Assembly: GCA_963713865.1 (NCBI GenBank)
Contig: OY970208.1
Location: forward strand, 896,001 to 960,000
Reading direction: 5' to 3'
Source of the DNA: an uncultured candidate division Zixibacteria bacterium
GTDB taxonomy: Bacteria > Zixibacteria > MSB-5A5 > RBG-16-43-9
Length of the DNA: 64,000 bases
Each line of letters opens with the position of its first letter. Positions within the stretch are counted from its first letter, which is position 1. A model generated the notes under the pieces. That model was not told the origin of the DNA, made no database searches, and saw nothing but the letters and a program-made list of their open reading frames with translations. The position numbers and the translations under genes were made by a program. Of the stretch, positions 50,256-58,590 are shown one piece after another.

Positions 50256-51314
50256 ATGCTAAAATTAGTAACTTACTGGATAGTTATAACGACACTCTTT
50301 TTATCGTTAATTTTTGCTGCTTCAAGAAAGACTATCACCACAGATGAAAGTTGTATGGCAAGGTTGGAGAAGGGGAATTGGATCACTAAATTAAATATAT
50401 CAACAAGGCAACCCCAAAAAATATATAAATCTGATAAATACTGGGTTCATAGTCTCACTGTTTCTCCTGATAATAAATATATCGCTTTTATCGAGGAGAC
50501 ACAACCAAAATATACAAGAAATGGTTATGAAGTTGCACCTCATTATAGTCTAGCAGTAATAAATACAGAAGGCAAGCTAATAAGTCGAGTGGAGCAAGAT
50601 GTGAAAAAGTATGTATGGAATCCACAAGGGGATAAAATAGCTTTTCTAACTTTTGCTCCTAAAGACCCGGACTACGAGTTCAAATATCCAACAGGTGTAT
50701 GGATTTTTGATATATCTACACTGAAGAAAAAGAAGATTGCTGAAAAAGGGATAGAAATAAACTGGGCAAACTTCGATAAGAATATCTACTTTTTAGATAG
50801 AAAGAAGGTTTTTAGGTGGAATCCAAATACGGAACAACTCGATTCTACTAAATTTCAGGATATATATTTCTCACCAGATGGGAAATATTACCTAAGACTT
50901 TGGAAAGATGAAGGCAAACCTATTCAACTCTTTGAGACAAGTTCCAATAAAGAAATCTTTACTATAAAAGCTTACAAAAAACTTCTCCCAGCAGGAGATA
51001 CTACTGAATCTTTCCCAAAAAATATTGGAGATCTCTGGAGTTCACACGACCTCGACACCCCCCATAGCTGGGTTTTCAACCAGGGACACTATCTATTATT
51101 TACAAAAGCAGAAGTAATCATCGAGACAAAAGGAGAAGGTCCTGTTAAGGCAATTAAGTCACGCGAAGTTAAAGACATAAGAAATTTCATTTACGACCCC
51201 GAACAAAGAAGAGTCATTAAGGAATTCGAAGGCTCTATTAGTTCTTGGATCGGGGATGGAAGCCGAATAATATTAGAACATAAAGGGGAAATTATATTCG
51301 AGGAAATTAAATAA
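50256..51314 (+). CDS. Secreted TolB-like beta-propeller protein
   Basis: Signal peptide; VSPDNKYIAF, WNPQGDKIAF, FSPDGKYY. Confidence 0.8.
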   Translation: MLKLVTYWIVITTLFLSLIFAASRKTITTDESCMARLEKGNWITKLNISTRQPQKIYKSDKYWVHSLTVSPDNKYIAFIEETQPKYTRNGYEVAPHYSLAVINTEGKLISRVEQDVKKYVWNPQGDKIAFLTFAPKDPDYEFKYPTGVWIFDISTLKKKKIAEKGIEINWANFDKNIYFLDRKKVFRWNPNTEQLDSTKFQDIYFSPDGKYYLRLWKDEGKPIQLFETSSNKEIFTIKAYKKLLPAGDTTESFPKNIGDLWSSHDLDTPHSWVFNQGHYLLFTKAEVIIETKGEGPVKAIKSREVKDIRNFIYDPEQRRVIKEFEGSISSWIGDGSRIILEHKGEIIFEEIK

Positions 51315-51363
51315 GATAGTTTGCTTGAATACAATTTTTCTCTATCAAAGAGAAGATTCTACT

Positions 51364-52332
51364 ATGGAGAAAAAGTTTTATTTGATCTGTCTTTTCTTGT
51401 TAATTACATTATTTCCTCTCAAAATCGGTGTGAATAGGACGTCGCTATCATATTTATATTTCATTGACAGTAAAGGTATCCATAGGCTAGATACTACCAG
51501 TAATGAAAAAAAGGTTATTTTCAATACTGTAGGGATCTATCAGGTGTCGCTTTCACTTTCACCGTCAGACACAGTAATTGCTTTATTGGTTACGAAAGAA
51601 GGTGTGACCCTACCAGGAGAGCACGACTATTCTGTTTTGCCAAGGAATTCGGTAATCTTTATAACCCCAGAGGGGAAAGAGATAGCAAAATTGGAAGAGG
51701 ATGTCCGGGAATTCTCATGGAGCCCGGATGGAGAGGAGATTGCTTATATCACGGGAACTTACTACGAAGGAGGTGTAGGATTCAAAACAACAGGGGTATA
51801 TATTTTCGACCTAAAAGATGGGAGCAAGAATCAGATTGTTAAAGAATTTACACATCCTACAATAAAAGATTACGAAGGTGGAGGATACGATTTAAATTGG
51901 GCTGTGCACGACAGCAATATCTATATTCAAGAATTTGATTACTTAGGGGGGAATTATATGTATAACTCAAAGACTGGAAGAACTGAAAAAGTGCCTTATA
52001 AGGGTGTTCATTTTTCACCCGATGGGAATTATTACCTCGCCCTTCCTTCAGAAGATTTTCCTCGCCTTTATGTTTCCACTAACAACAGAGAGATAACAGA
52101 ACAGGTAAAATTAAAAATTGGTTATCTCCCCCAGAGTTGGATGGTGGACCAGAAACACCATATGCTTGTGGAGAAAGTTGACTTTGAACCAAGCTTCGAA
52201 GATACAGTTAAACAAGGTAAACCAAAAGTAATGGTGAAGGGTGAAAGAAAAATCAGACTGAAGACATTTTTCATATACGATGTAGAAAAAGATCAAATAA
52301 TAAAAGAGTGGATTGAAAAACCTGAGAAATAA
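51364..52332 (+). CDS. Secreted TolB-like beta-propeller, paralog of the upstream gene
   Basis: MEKKFY signal; WSPDGEEIAY, TGVYIFD, FSPDGNYY and FIYD.E...IKE are all shared with 50256-51314. Confidence 0.8.
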   Translation: MEKKFYLICLFLLITLFPLKIGVNRTSLSYLYFIDSKGIHRLDTTSNEKKVIFNTVGIYQVSLSLSPSDTVIALLVTKEGVTLPGEHDYSVLPRNSVIFITPEGKEIAKLEEDVREFSWSPDGEEIAYITGTYYEGGVGFKTTGVYIFDLKDGSKNQIVKEFTHPTIKDYEGGGYDLNWAVHDSNIYIQEFDYLGGNYMYNSKTGRTEKVPYKGVHFSPDGNYYLALPSEDFPRLYVSTNNREITEQVKLKIGYLPQSWMVDQKHHMLVEKVDFEPSFEDTVKQGKPKVMVKGERKIRLKTFFIYDVEKDQIIKEWIEKPEK

Positions 52333-52376
52333 AATATGTGAACTCTTGACTACTATAGCTTTTTAGGAGGTAAATT

Positions 52377-54059
52377 ATGACAAGAAAAATAAGTATAGTT
52401 ATAATTATTTTTTTGCTTTTTTCTGTATCTTCTGAGATAGGTCAATGTCAAAGCCCCAGTCAATATGCTTTAATTCAGCGCCCAGTTATGGAAAATCCTC
52501 TAATATGGAAGTTAACCAAATTTCAAACTGATAGCCTATGGAGTAAGAGTCTATTTTACAATCCCGTGTCCGCCTCTCAGTCCTATATTATGGATCCAAC
52601 ATATTATCTTTATAGTGGAATGGCATTTGAACTTGATATGGGCTGGAACAGGATGTTGTATTCGGAGTGTTTGGATGACTGGATAAGAGCTTATGGGACT
52701 TATGGCTCTGGTAGCGGGCAATTTAGCTGGCCCAAAAGATTGGATTGTGAGGCAGTCTGTAATCAAGATTTCTTTAGTGCTTATTACCGTATCTTTATTG
52801 CAGATGCATCCAATAACCGTATAGTAAAGTTAAGATATGACTGGCGTTTTGAAAATCAGACCATAATCAATGATGGGGTAATAAGCGGAAATGGATTAGA
52901 ACTGCCTCTGGATATTGACATAAATAACGGATTTGACTTTTACCCGGTGACTAATGACTATCTCTGGGTTTTAAATGGAAATTCACAGATTAAAAGATTT
53001 ACTTTCGATGGAACTTTAAAGAACACCTATGGTAGCTATGGATCTGGCGTAGATCAATTCTGCAGACCCACTGCTATAGTCAGTGGTAGACATTATGCTC
53101 TTTCCTATCCTTATGAGCCGTTTGCCAATACGAATTATTTCTATGTTGCTGATCGGGGTAACAACCGGATTGTATGGCTTTACAAAAATCCCGGGAGTGA
53201 GGCGATAACCTGGATTAGTGAAACAAATACAGACCGGGACATTGTCGATTTAGAAACGGATAATTTTGGTCATATCTGGGCAGTTGATAGAACGAATGGT
53301 CAAGTTATTAAATATTTAATGCAGGCTGGAGGGATCCTGTTTCCATTATGTACCTTTGGGAGTTCAGGCTTTGGTGAGAATCAGTTCTATCATCCGGTAA
53401 GCTTATCTAATACCGGTGGATATTTAGGCTGTGGCAATGTTTATGTGCTTGAATCCTGGACCGATTCAAGCGGAGGACAATATTTTACAATTGCCACTGA
53501 TATAGTTGATTACAACGTCTATTCAGACAGTAACCATTTCACTCACTGTGCTAATTATATATTAGTTGATCCAGCCGGGATTTACTTTAAAATTTACAAC
53601 GAATCAGGAAATCTTATCAGAACAGTTCAACCGGTTTATGTTTATTATTCAGGTCCTATTTCACATTGGTGGGATGGAAAAGATGATGCCGGGCAAAAAG
53701 TTGCCAGTGGCAATTATTTGATGAAAGTTAGTGCTGTATCGGTTTATGTTAATATTAATGAACCTGGAAATCCACCTGCTGATTCTATTACCAAAGAGGG
53801 CTGGGTATGTAACGTGCATCCCAATGATATTTTAGGTGATGTCAATAGTAATCTTACAGTTGAAAGCGCAGATATCGTTTATTTAATCAACTATATATTT
53901 AAAGGCGGGCCTGGATTTGCTCCTTTCTGGAAAGGTGATACCAATGGAGATTGCAAGGTTTCACTAGGTGATATAGTCTATCTGATAAATTATCTTTTTA
54001 AAGGTGGACCTGCCCCACAGTTAAACTTCAGTTGTTCTCCCTGGAGATGTCAGTCTTAA
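52377..54059 (+). CDS. Secreted NHL-repeat protein with FlgD-Ig domain and dockerin-like pair
   Basis: GSGSGQFSWP and ADxxNNRI repeats; WDGKDDAGQKVASGNY; dockerin-like pair at about 53835-54017. Confidence 0.85.
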   Translation: MTRKISIVIIIFLLFSVSSEIGQCQSPSQYALIQRPVMENPLIWKLTKFQTDSLWSKSLFYNPVSASQSYIMDPTYYLYSGMAFELDMGWNRMLYSECLDDWIRAYGTYGSGSGQFSWPKRLDCEAVCNQDFFSAYYRIFIADASNNRIVKLRYDWRFENQTIINDGVISGNGLELPLDIDINNGFDFYPVTNDYLWVLNGNSQIKRFTFDGTLKNTYGSYGSGVDQFCRPTAIVSGRHYALSYPYEPFANTNYFYVADRGNNRIVWLYKNPGSEAITWISETNTDRDIVDLETDNFGHIWAVDRTNGQVIKYLMQAGGILFPLCTFGSSGFGENQFYHPVSLSNTGGYLGCGNVYVLESWTDSSGGQYFTIATDIVDYNVYSDSNHFTHCANYILVDPAGIYFKIYNESGNLIRTVQPVYVYYSGPISHWWDGKDDAGQKVASGNYLMKVSAVSVYVNINEPGNPPADSITKEGWVCNVHPNDILGDVNSNLTVESADIVYLINYIFKGGPGFAPFWKGDTNGDCKVSLGDIVYLINYLFKGGPAPQLNFSCSPWRCQS

Positions 54060-54196
54060 AAAAAGTATAATAATTACACTTTATTTCGTATATTAATTTG
54101 AAAAGTTGAAAAATTTGTGTTTTAGCTTCTGAGCTATAGATAAAATAAGGGGTTCCCTCTCTTAAATAATATCAATATAATAATATCTTTGATTAC

Positions 54197-54244
54197 AATA
54201 TTTTTTAAAAAAGTCCTTGACAAAGAAGACTTTACCGATATATT
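54197..54244 (+). promoter_or_regulatory. Right copy of the 27-bp repeat, overlapping a sigma70-like promoter
   Basis: AATATTTTTTAAAAAAGTCCTTGACAA (54197-54223); TTGACA 54217-54222, 16 nt, TATATT 54239-54244. Confidence 0.65.
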
Positions 54245-54455
54245 AGCTTAATTTATTTTAGGAGAATAGAGAGGTTTAAAATATTCCCCGGTTAAAGATA
54301 AATCAAGAAAATGTTTAAATATATTTATAAATACGAGATGATCTTCAATAGCTGGAATAGACCTCCCCCATAAAAAAGGAGGAGTAGAAATTTTTGTTAA
54401 TGCTTTTTTTAAAGAAAACTTTAAAAATCAAAGTAGGAAAGGAAAAAAAAACAAA

Positions 54456-55004
54456 ATGTTAAAGAATAGATTTTTCGGGATAAGCTTACTTCTCGTCTTG
54501 GGAATGGTACTATTAAGCTCCTGCGCCAAGCCTCCGGAACAGGAGATGCAGGCGGCCAGGGATGCAATCGCCAATGCTACTAACGCAGAAGCCAACCTTT
54601 ATGCGGCTGATCTTCTCACTCTCGCTCAGGATTCCTTAACTCAGGCTGAGACCTTCTTCGGAGAGAAGAAATTTGCAGATGCAAAAAGATTAGCCCTTTT
54701 TACCAAGAGTTGGGCTGACTCCGCCGCTGCTATGGCTGTAACCAATAAAGAGCAGATGAAAACCACTGCAGAAACTGCAGTAAACGACGCCAGCGCTAAG
54801 CTTGAGACTTTGAAAAAAGGTAAGATTCCTCCGAAGATGAAGGCTGAGGTAAAGACTTGCGATACCAATCTGGCTGAGGCGAAAACTGCCTTAGGAGCTG
54901 GGGATTATAAGAAAGCCTCGGATCTGGCAACTGATGTAACCACCAAGATAACTGCCATTGAAGAAGGGATGAAAAAGCCGGCAGGAGGGACAAAAAAGAA
55001 ATAA
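54456..55004 (+). CDS. Helical lipoprotein (DUF4398-like)
   Basis: Lipobox LSSC followed by KPPEQE..A..AI..A..AEA..YA. Confidence 0.8.
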   Translation: MLKNRFFGISLLLVLGMVLLSSCAKPPEQEMQAARDAIANATNAEANLYAADLLTLAQDSLTQAETFFGEKKFADAKRLALFTKSWADSAAAMAVTNKEQMKTTAETAVNDASAKLETLKKGKIPPKMKAEVKTCDTNLAEAKTALGAGDYKKASDLATDVTTKITAIEEGMKKPAGGTKKK

Positions 55005-55038
55005 AACCTTTTTGTTTCAAATTGGATGAGGTGAAAAG

Positions 55039-55092
55039 ATGCCCAAAGTAAAAAAGAAAAAGGGCAGTTGCAAAACCAAAAAGCCCTGTTAA
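55039..55092 (+). CDS. 17-aa basic micro-peptide MPKVKKKKGSCKTKKPC
   Basis: GAGGTG SD, ATG 55039, TAA 55090-55092, upstream of the terminator. Confidence 0.5.
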   Translation: MPKVKKKKGSCKTKKPC

Positions 55093-55109
55093 GAAAAAGG
55101 GCTGGTTTT

Positions 55110-55140
55110 AAAAAACCCCGCCAGAGGCGGGGTTTTTTTT
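55110..55140. terminator. Intrinsic terminator (possibly bidirectional)
   Basis: AAAAAACCCCGCC-aga-GGCGGGGTTTTTTTT. Confidence 0.9.
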
Positions 55141-55222
55141 GTAAAAAATCAATTTTATTATTGCATTTTAAAAACTAATAATAGATATTAAAAACCACTT
55201 TTTAGCATAAAGGAGGTGGAAT

Positions 55223-55777
55223 ATGATCATAGTTCCCAATGAAGTTTTTTTGACCAAGGGGGTGGGAAGGCACACTGAAAAACTTTCCAGCTTTGAACTG
55301 GCTTTAAGAAATGCCGGGATAGCCCGCTTCAACATCGTAAGCGTCTCCTCAATTTTTCCACCAGGATGCAAGCTAATTACCAGAGCTCAAGGGATGAAGA
55401 AGCTGCAGGATGGTCAGATAATCTTCTGTGTGATGAGCCGTAACTCAACCAATGAGCCCAATCGTTTGATCTCTGCTTCGGTAGGTTTAGCCATCCCCAA
55501 GGAAAAACAGTATTATGGATTTCTCTCTGAGCACTCCGCCTTCGGGCAGACCGAGAAAAAGGCTGGAGATTATGCAGAGGATTTAGCCGCCTCTATGCTG
55601 GCTACGACCCTGGGGTTAGATTTTGATGTGGATAAAAATTATGACATGAGAAAGGAGATCTGGAAGATCTCTGGCAAGATAGTCCGTACTATGAATGTCA
55701 CCCAGTCAGCCGAAGGGGATAAGAATGGACTGTGGACAACGGTGCTTGCAGCTGCTATCTTTATAACCCAGGAATAG
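55223..55777 (+). CDS. pdaD: Pyruvoyl-dependent arginine decarboxylase
   Basis: SFELALRNAGI..NIVSVSSIFPP (Ser-Ser autocleavage site); YGFLSEH. Confidence 0.9.
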   Translation: MIIVPNEVFLTKGVGRHTEKLSSFELALRNAGIARFNIVSVSSIFPPGCKLITRAQGMKKLQDGQIIFCVMSRNSTNEPNRLISASVGLAIPKEKQYYGFLSEHSAFGQTEKKAGDYAEDLAASMLATTLGLDFDVDKNYDMRKEIWKISGKIVRTMNVTQSAEGDKNGLWTTVLAAAIFITQE

Positions 55778-55810
55778 TTCTAATAAGTTAGTTTGAGGAG
55801 GTATTTCAAA

Positions 55811-56842
55811 ATGGATAAATTCTTGAGAAATCCTACCCATCCGGTTGAGATCGAAAATATTAAAGACATAGCTCAGCTTTTAGAAAAGATGAGCGGAATA
55901 TCGTTTCAGGGAAGAAATTTGTCCACAGCTCTCTCTATCTGGAAAGAGATGTTGAAAGATAATCTGGTTATCTTTTTTGGTTTAGCCGGGGCGATGGTTC
56001 CTGGAGGCTTAAGGCAGGTTCTCGTCTATCTCATTAAAAACCGGTTGGTCGACTGTTCTGGTCTCCACTGGTGCCAATCTTTTTCATGACCTGCATGAAA
56101 GCCTGGGTAAATACCACTGGATAGGAAATCACAACATAAGCGACCTTAAGTTAAGAAAGGCAGGGATCGACCGGATTTACGATACCTATGCCTTAGAAAC
56201 TGAGTTCAGACAAGTAGATAATTTTATCAAAGAATTTGCCCTTTCTTTCGATTTTGGGAAAAATTATTCTACCAGGGAATTTTTCTATTCCTTGGGGAAA
56301 AAACTGTCTAAAATAAAGAAAAAAGAAGGGTTGATAAGCTCAGCTTATGCTAATGAAGTTCCAATCTTCTGTCCGGCTATAGGTGATTCATCTTACGGGA
56401 TTGCCTTAGTTGAGCTGGCTAAGACAAAAGGTAAAAGATTTCAATTTGATGTGATCAAAGATGCAGAGGAGATTCCAACTTAGTTTTGTGGGCTAAATCA
56501 ACCGGGGTTATTTATATAGGAGGAGGGACACCCAAGAATTTCATCCAGCAGGCTGAGGTCATAGCCTCCCTCCAGAGGAAAAGTAAAAATTCCGGGCATA
56601 AGTATGCTATCCAGATAGCGGTGGATGCACCTCACTGGGGAGGGCTTTCCGGATGCACTTTTACTGAGGCACAATCTTGGGGCAAAATTCATCCCCGGGC
56701 TAAGATGGTAACGGTCTATTCAGATGCTACCATCGCATTGCCTTTTTTGGTCGCTGCTCTCTCACAAGGGTCAAAAGATTTAATCCGAAAAAGAAAAAAA
56801 CCTGAATTCAAGTTTGGAAAAGAACTTTTGATGGAAAGGTAA
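55811..56842 (+). CDS. Deoxyhypusine synthase-like (SpeY/Dhs), split by two apparent frameshifts
   Basis: GAMVPGG; VSTGANLFHD restored by removing one base near 56055; DRIYD, DSSYG; one base missing near 56475; GGGTPKN, GGLSG, EAQSWGK. Confidence 0.85.
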
Positions 56843-56847
56843 AGATC

Positions 56848-57756
56848 TTGTTAGACAATAAACTTTTTCTACCACATAATTTCTTAGGCATTCCTCGGAT
56901 CTACTCAGATTATAAGAGGTCAAAATTTGTCATCCTGCCAGTTCCGTATGAACAGACCACCACCTACAAAGGGGGAACCAGGGAAGGTCCTCAGGCGATT
57001 ATTTCAGCCTCAAAGCAGGTTGAGCTTTTTGACGAGGAGCTGAAATCCGAACCTTATAAGGTTGGAATCTATACTTCAGATGAGTTAGAGTCCACCTCCA
57101 AAGGGGCTGAGGAGATGATTGAAAAAATCTACAAAGTCGGTCGAAGTTTTCTCAAAAATAATAAGATAATAGTTATGTTAGGTGGCGAACACACCATCTC
57201 TATCGGGATGATTAAAGCATTTAAGGAGAAATATAAAGACCTTTCGGTCCTGCAACTGGATGCGCATGCAGATTTAAGGGAAAATTATCAGGAAAACCGG
57301 TTCAGCCATGCCTGCACTATGAGGAGAGTAAGGGAGTTTGTCCCGGCAGTTGGTGTGGGGATAAGAAACTTAAGCCGGGAGGAGCATAACTGGATAAAGA
57401 AAAATAAGATCAACCTTTTCTATGCCCAAAAAAGGGAGAAGGATTGGAGCGATAAGGTCTTGAGCTCTCTTTCAGATGAGGTCTATCTCTCCTTTGACTT
57501 GGATTTTCTTGACCCTTCGATTATGCCTTCAGTAGGAACGCCAGAGCCGGGAGGTTTATTATGGTACGAGACCTTAGATTTTCTTAAGACTTTGACTTTA
57601 AAGAAAAAAATAGTTGGTTTCGATATAGTTGAACTATGTCCCCAGCCCGGAAATGTTGCTCCGGATTTTCTGACGGCTAAATTGATTTATAAACTAATTG
57701 GATATATAGTAACAGAGAATGAAAAAAGGAAGAAGGGAAAAAGAAAGAATCTCTAA
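56848..57756 (+). CDS. speB: Agmatinase
   Basis: GGEH, DAHAD, SHA, DLDFLDP, GTPEPGG. Confidence 0.92.
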   Translation: MLDNKLFLPHNFLGIPRIYSDYKRSKFVILPVPYEQTTTYKGGTREGPQAIISASKQVELFDEELKSEPYKVGIYTSDELESTSKGAEEMIEKIYKVGRSFLKNNKIIVMLGGEHTISIGMIKAFKEKYKDLSVLQLDAHADLRENYQENRFSHACTMRRVREFVPAVGVGIRNLSREEHNWIKKNKINLFYAQKREKDWSDKVLSSLSDEVYLSFDLDFLDPSIMPSVGTPEPGGLLWYETLDFLKTLTLKKKIVGFDIVELCPQPGNVAPDFLTAKLIYKLIGYIVTENEKRKKGKRKNL

Positions 57757-57779
57757 AAAAACAGAGGGAGATAGAAAAA

Positions 57780-58517
57780 ATGAAATGGTGGGAAAAACTT
57801 TTTGACGAATATTATCCAAAGACTTATGCACCTTTAGATGCTTCAGCCTCCCGGGAAATAGATGGAGTGATAAGGATGCTGGGGCTTAAGCCCCCAAAAA
57901 AAATTTTAGATTTGTGCTGCGGATATGGAAGACACTTGGTGGAATTGGCCCGTAAAGGTTTCAGGGTCACAGGATACGATCTCTCCTCTCATTTTCTGGA
58001 TAGAGCAAGAATAGAAGCTGTCCGGCTTAAATTAAAAGTGAAGCTTGTGCGGGGGGATATGAGGGAAATCCCTTTCAAAAAAGAATTCGATGCAGTTATA
58101 AATCTCTTTACCTCTTTTGGTTATTTCCAGAACGAAAAAGAAGATTTACAGGTTTTAAAGGGAATCAACCGGGCTTTGAAGGAAAAGGGGTTATGCCTTA
58201 TTGATACTGCTAACCGAGAATTTCTGTTAAAGAATTTTCAGAGGAGAATGTGGTACCCTCGAGAGGGGTTTTTCATGTTAGACGAGTCCATCTTCGACCC
58301 TTTTACCAGTCGAGTTGAAACTACCCGTACCCTCCTTTTCGAAAATCAACCCAAAAGGGAATATTTCTTCTCCTTCCGAGCTTACACCCTCACCGAGATG
58401 ATCTCCAACCTGAAAAAAACAAGTTTTATAACCGAGCAGGTTTTTGGTGATTATGAATTAAAGGATTATACCATACAAAGCCCTCGAATGATAATCCTGG
58501 CTAAGAAGATAAGCTAA
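57780..58517 (+). CDS. Class I SAM-dependent methyltransferase
   Basis: ILDLCCGYGRH, GDMR, FTSFGYF. Confidence 0.9.
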   Translation: MKWWEKLFDEYYPKTYAPLDASASREIDGVIRMLGLKPPKKILDLCCGYGRHLVELARKGFRVTGYDLSSHFLDRARIEAVRLKLKVKLVRGDMREIPFKKEFDAVINLFTSFGYFQNEKEDLQVLKGINRALKEKGLCLIDTANREFLLKNFQRRMWYPREGFFMLDESIFDPFTSRVETTRTLLFENQPKREYFFSFRAYTLTEMISNLKKTSFITEQVFGDYELKDYTIQSPRMIILAKKIS

Positions 58518-58590
58518 AAGGGTTTTTCTATCCAATTTTTTCTTTAAACTTATCGTTTTAAATTATTGGGTTTTAGAAAGAGACCAAGAA

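Noticed and set aside
55793-56842. DHS, flippase and secreted-protein fragments as separate genes or true pseudogenes
   Set aside because: Single-base corrections restore full proteins with intact motifs, so assembly error is more likely.
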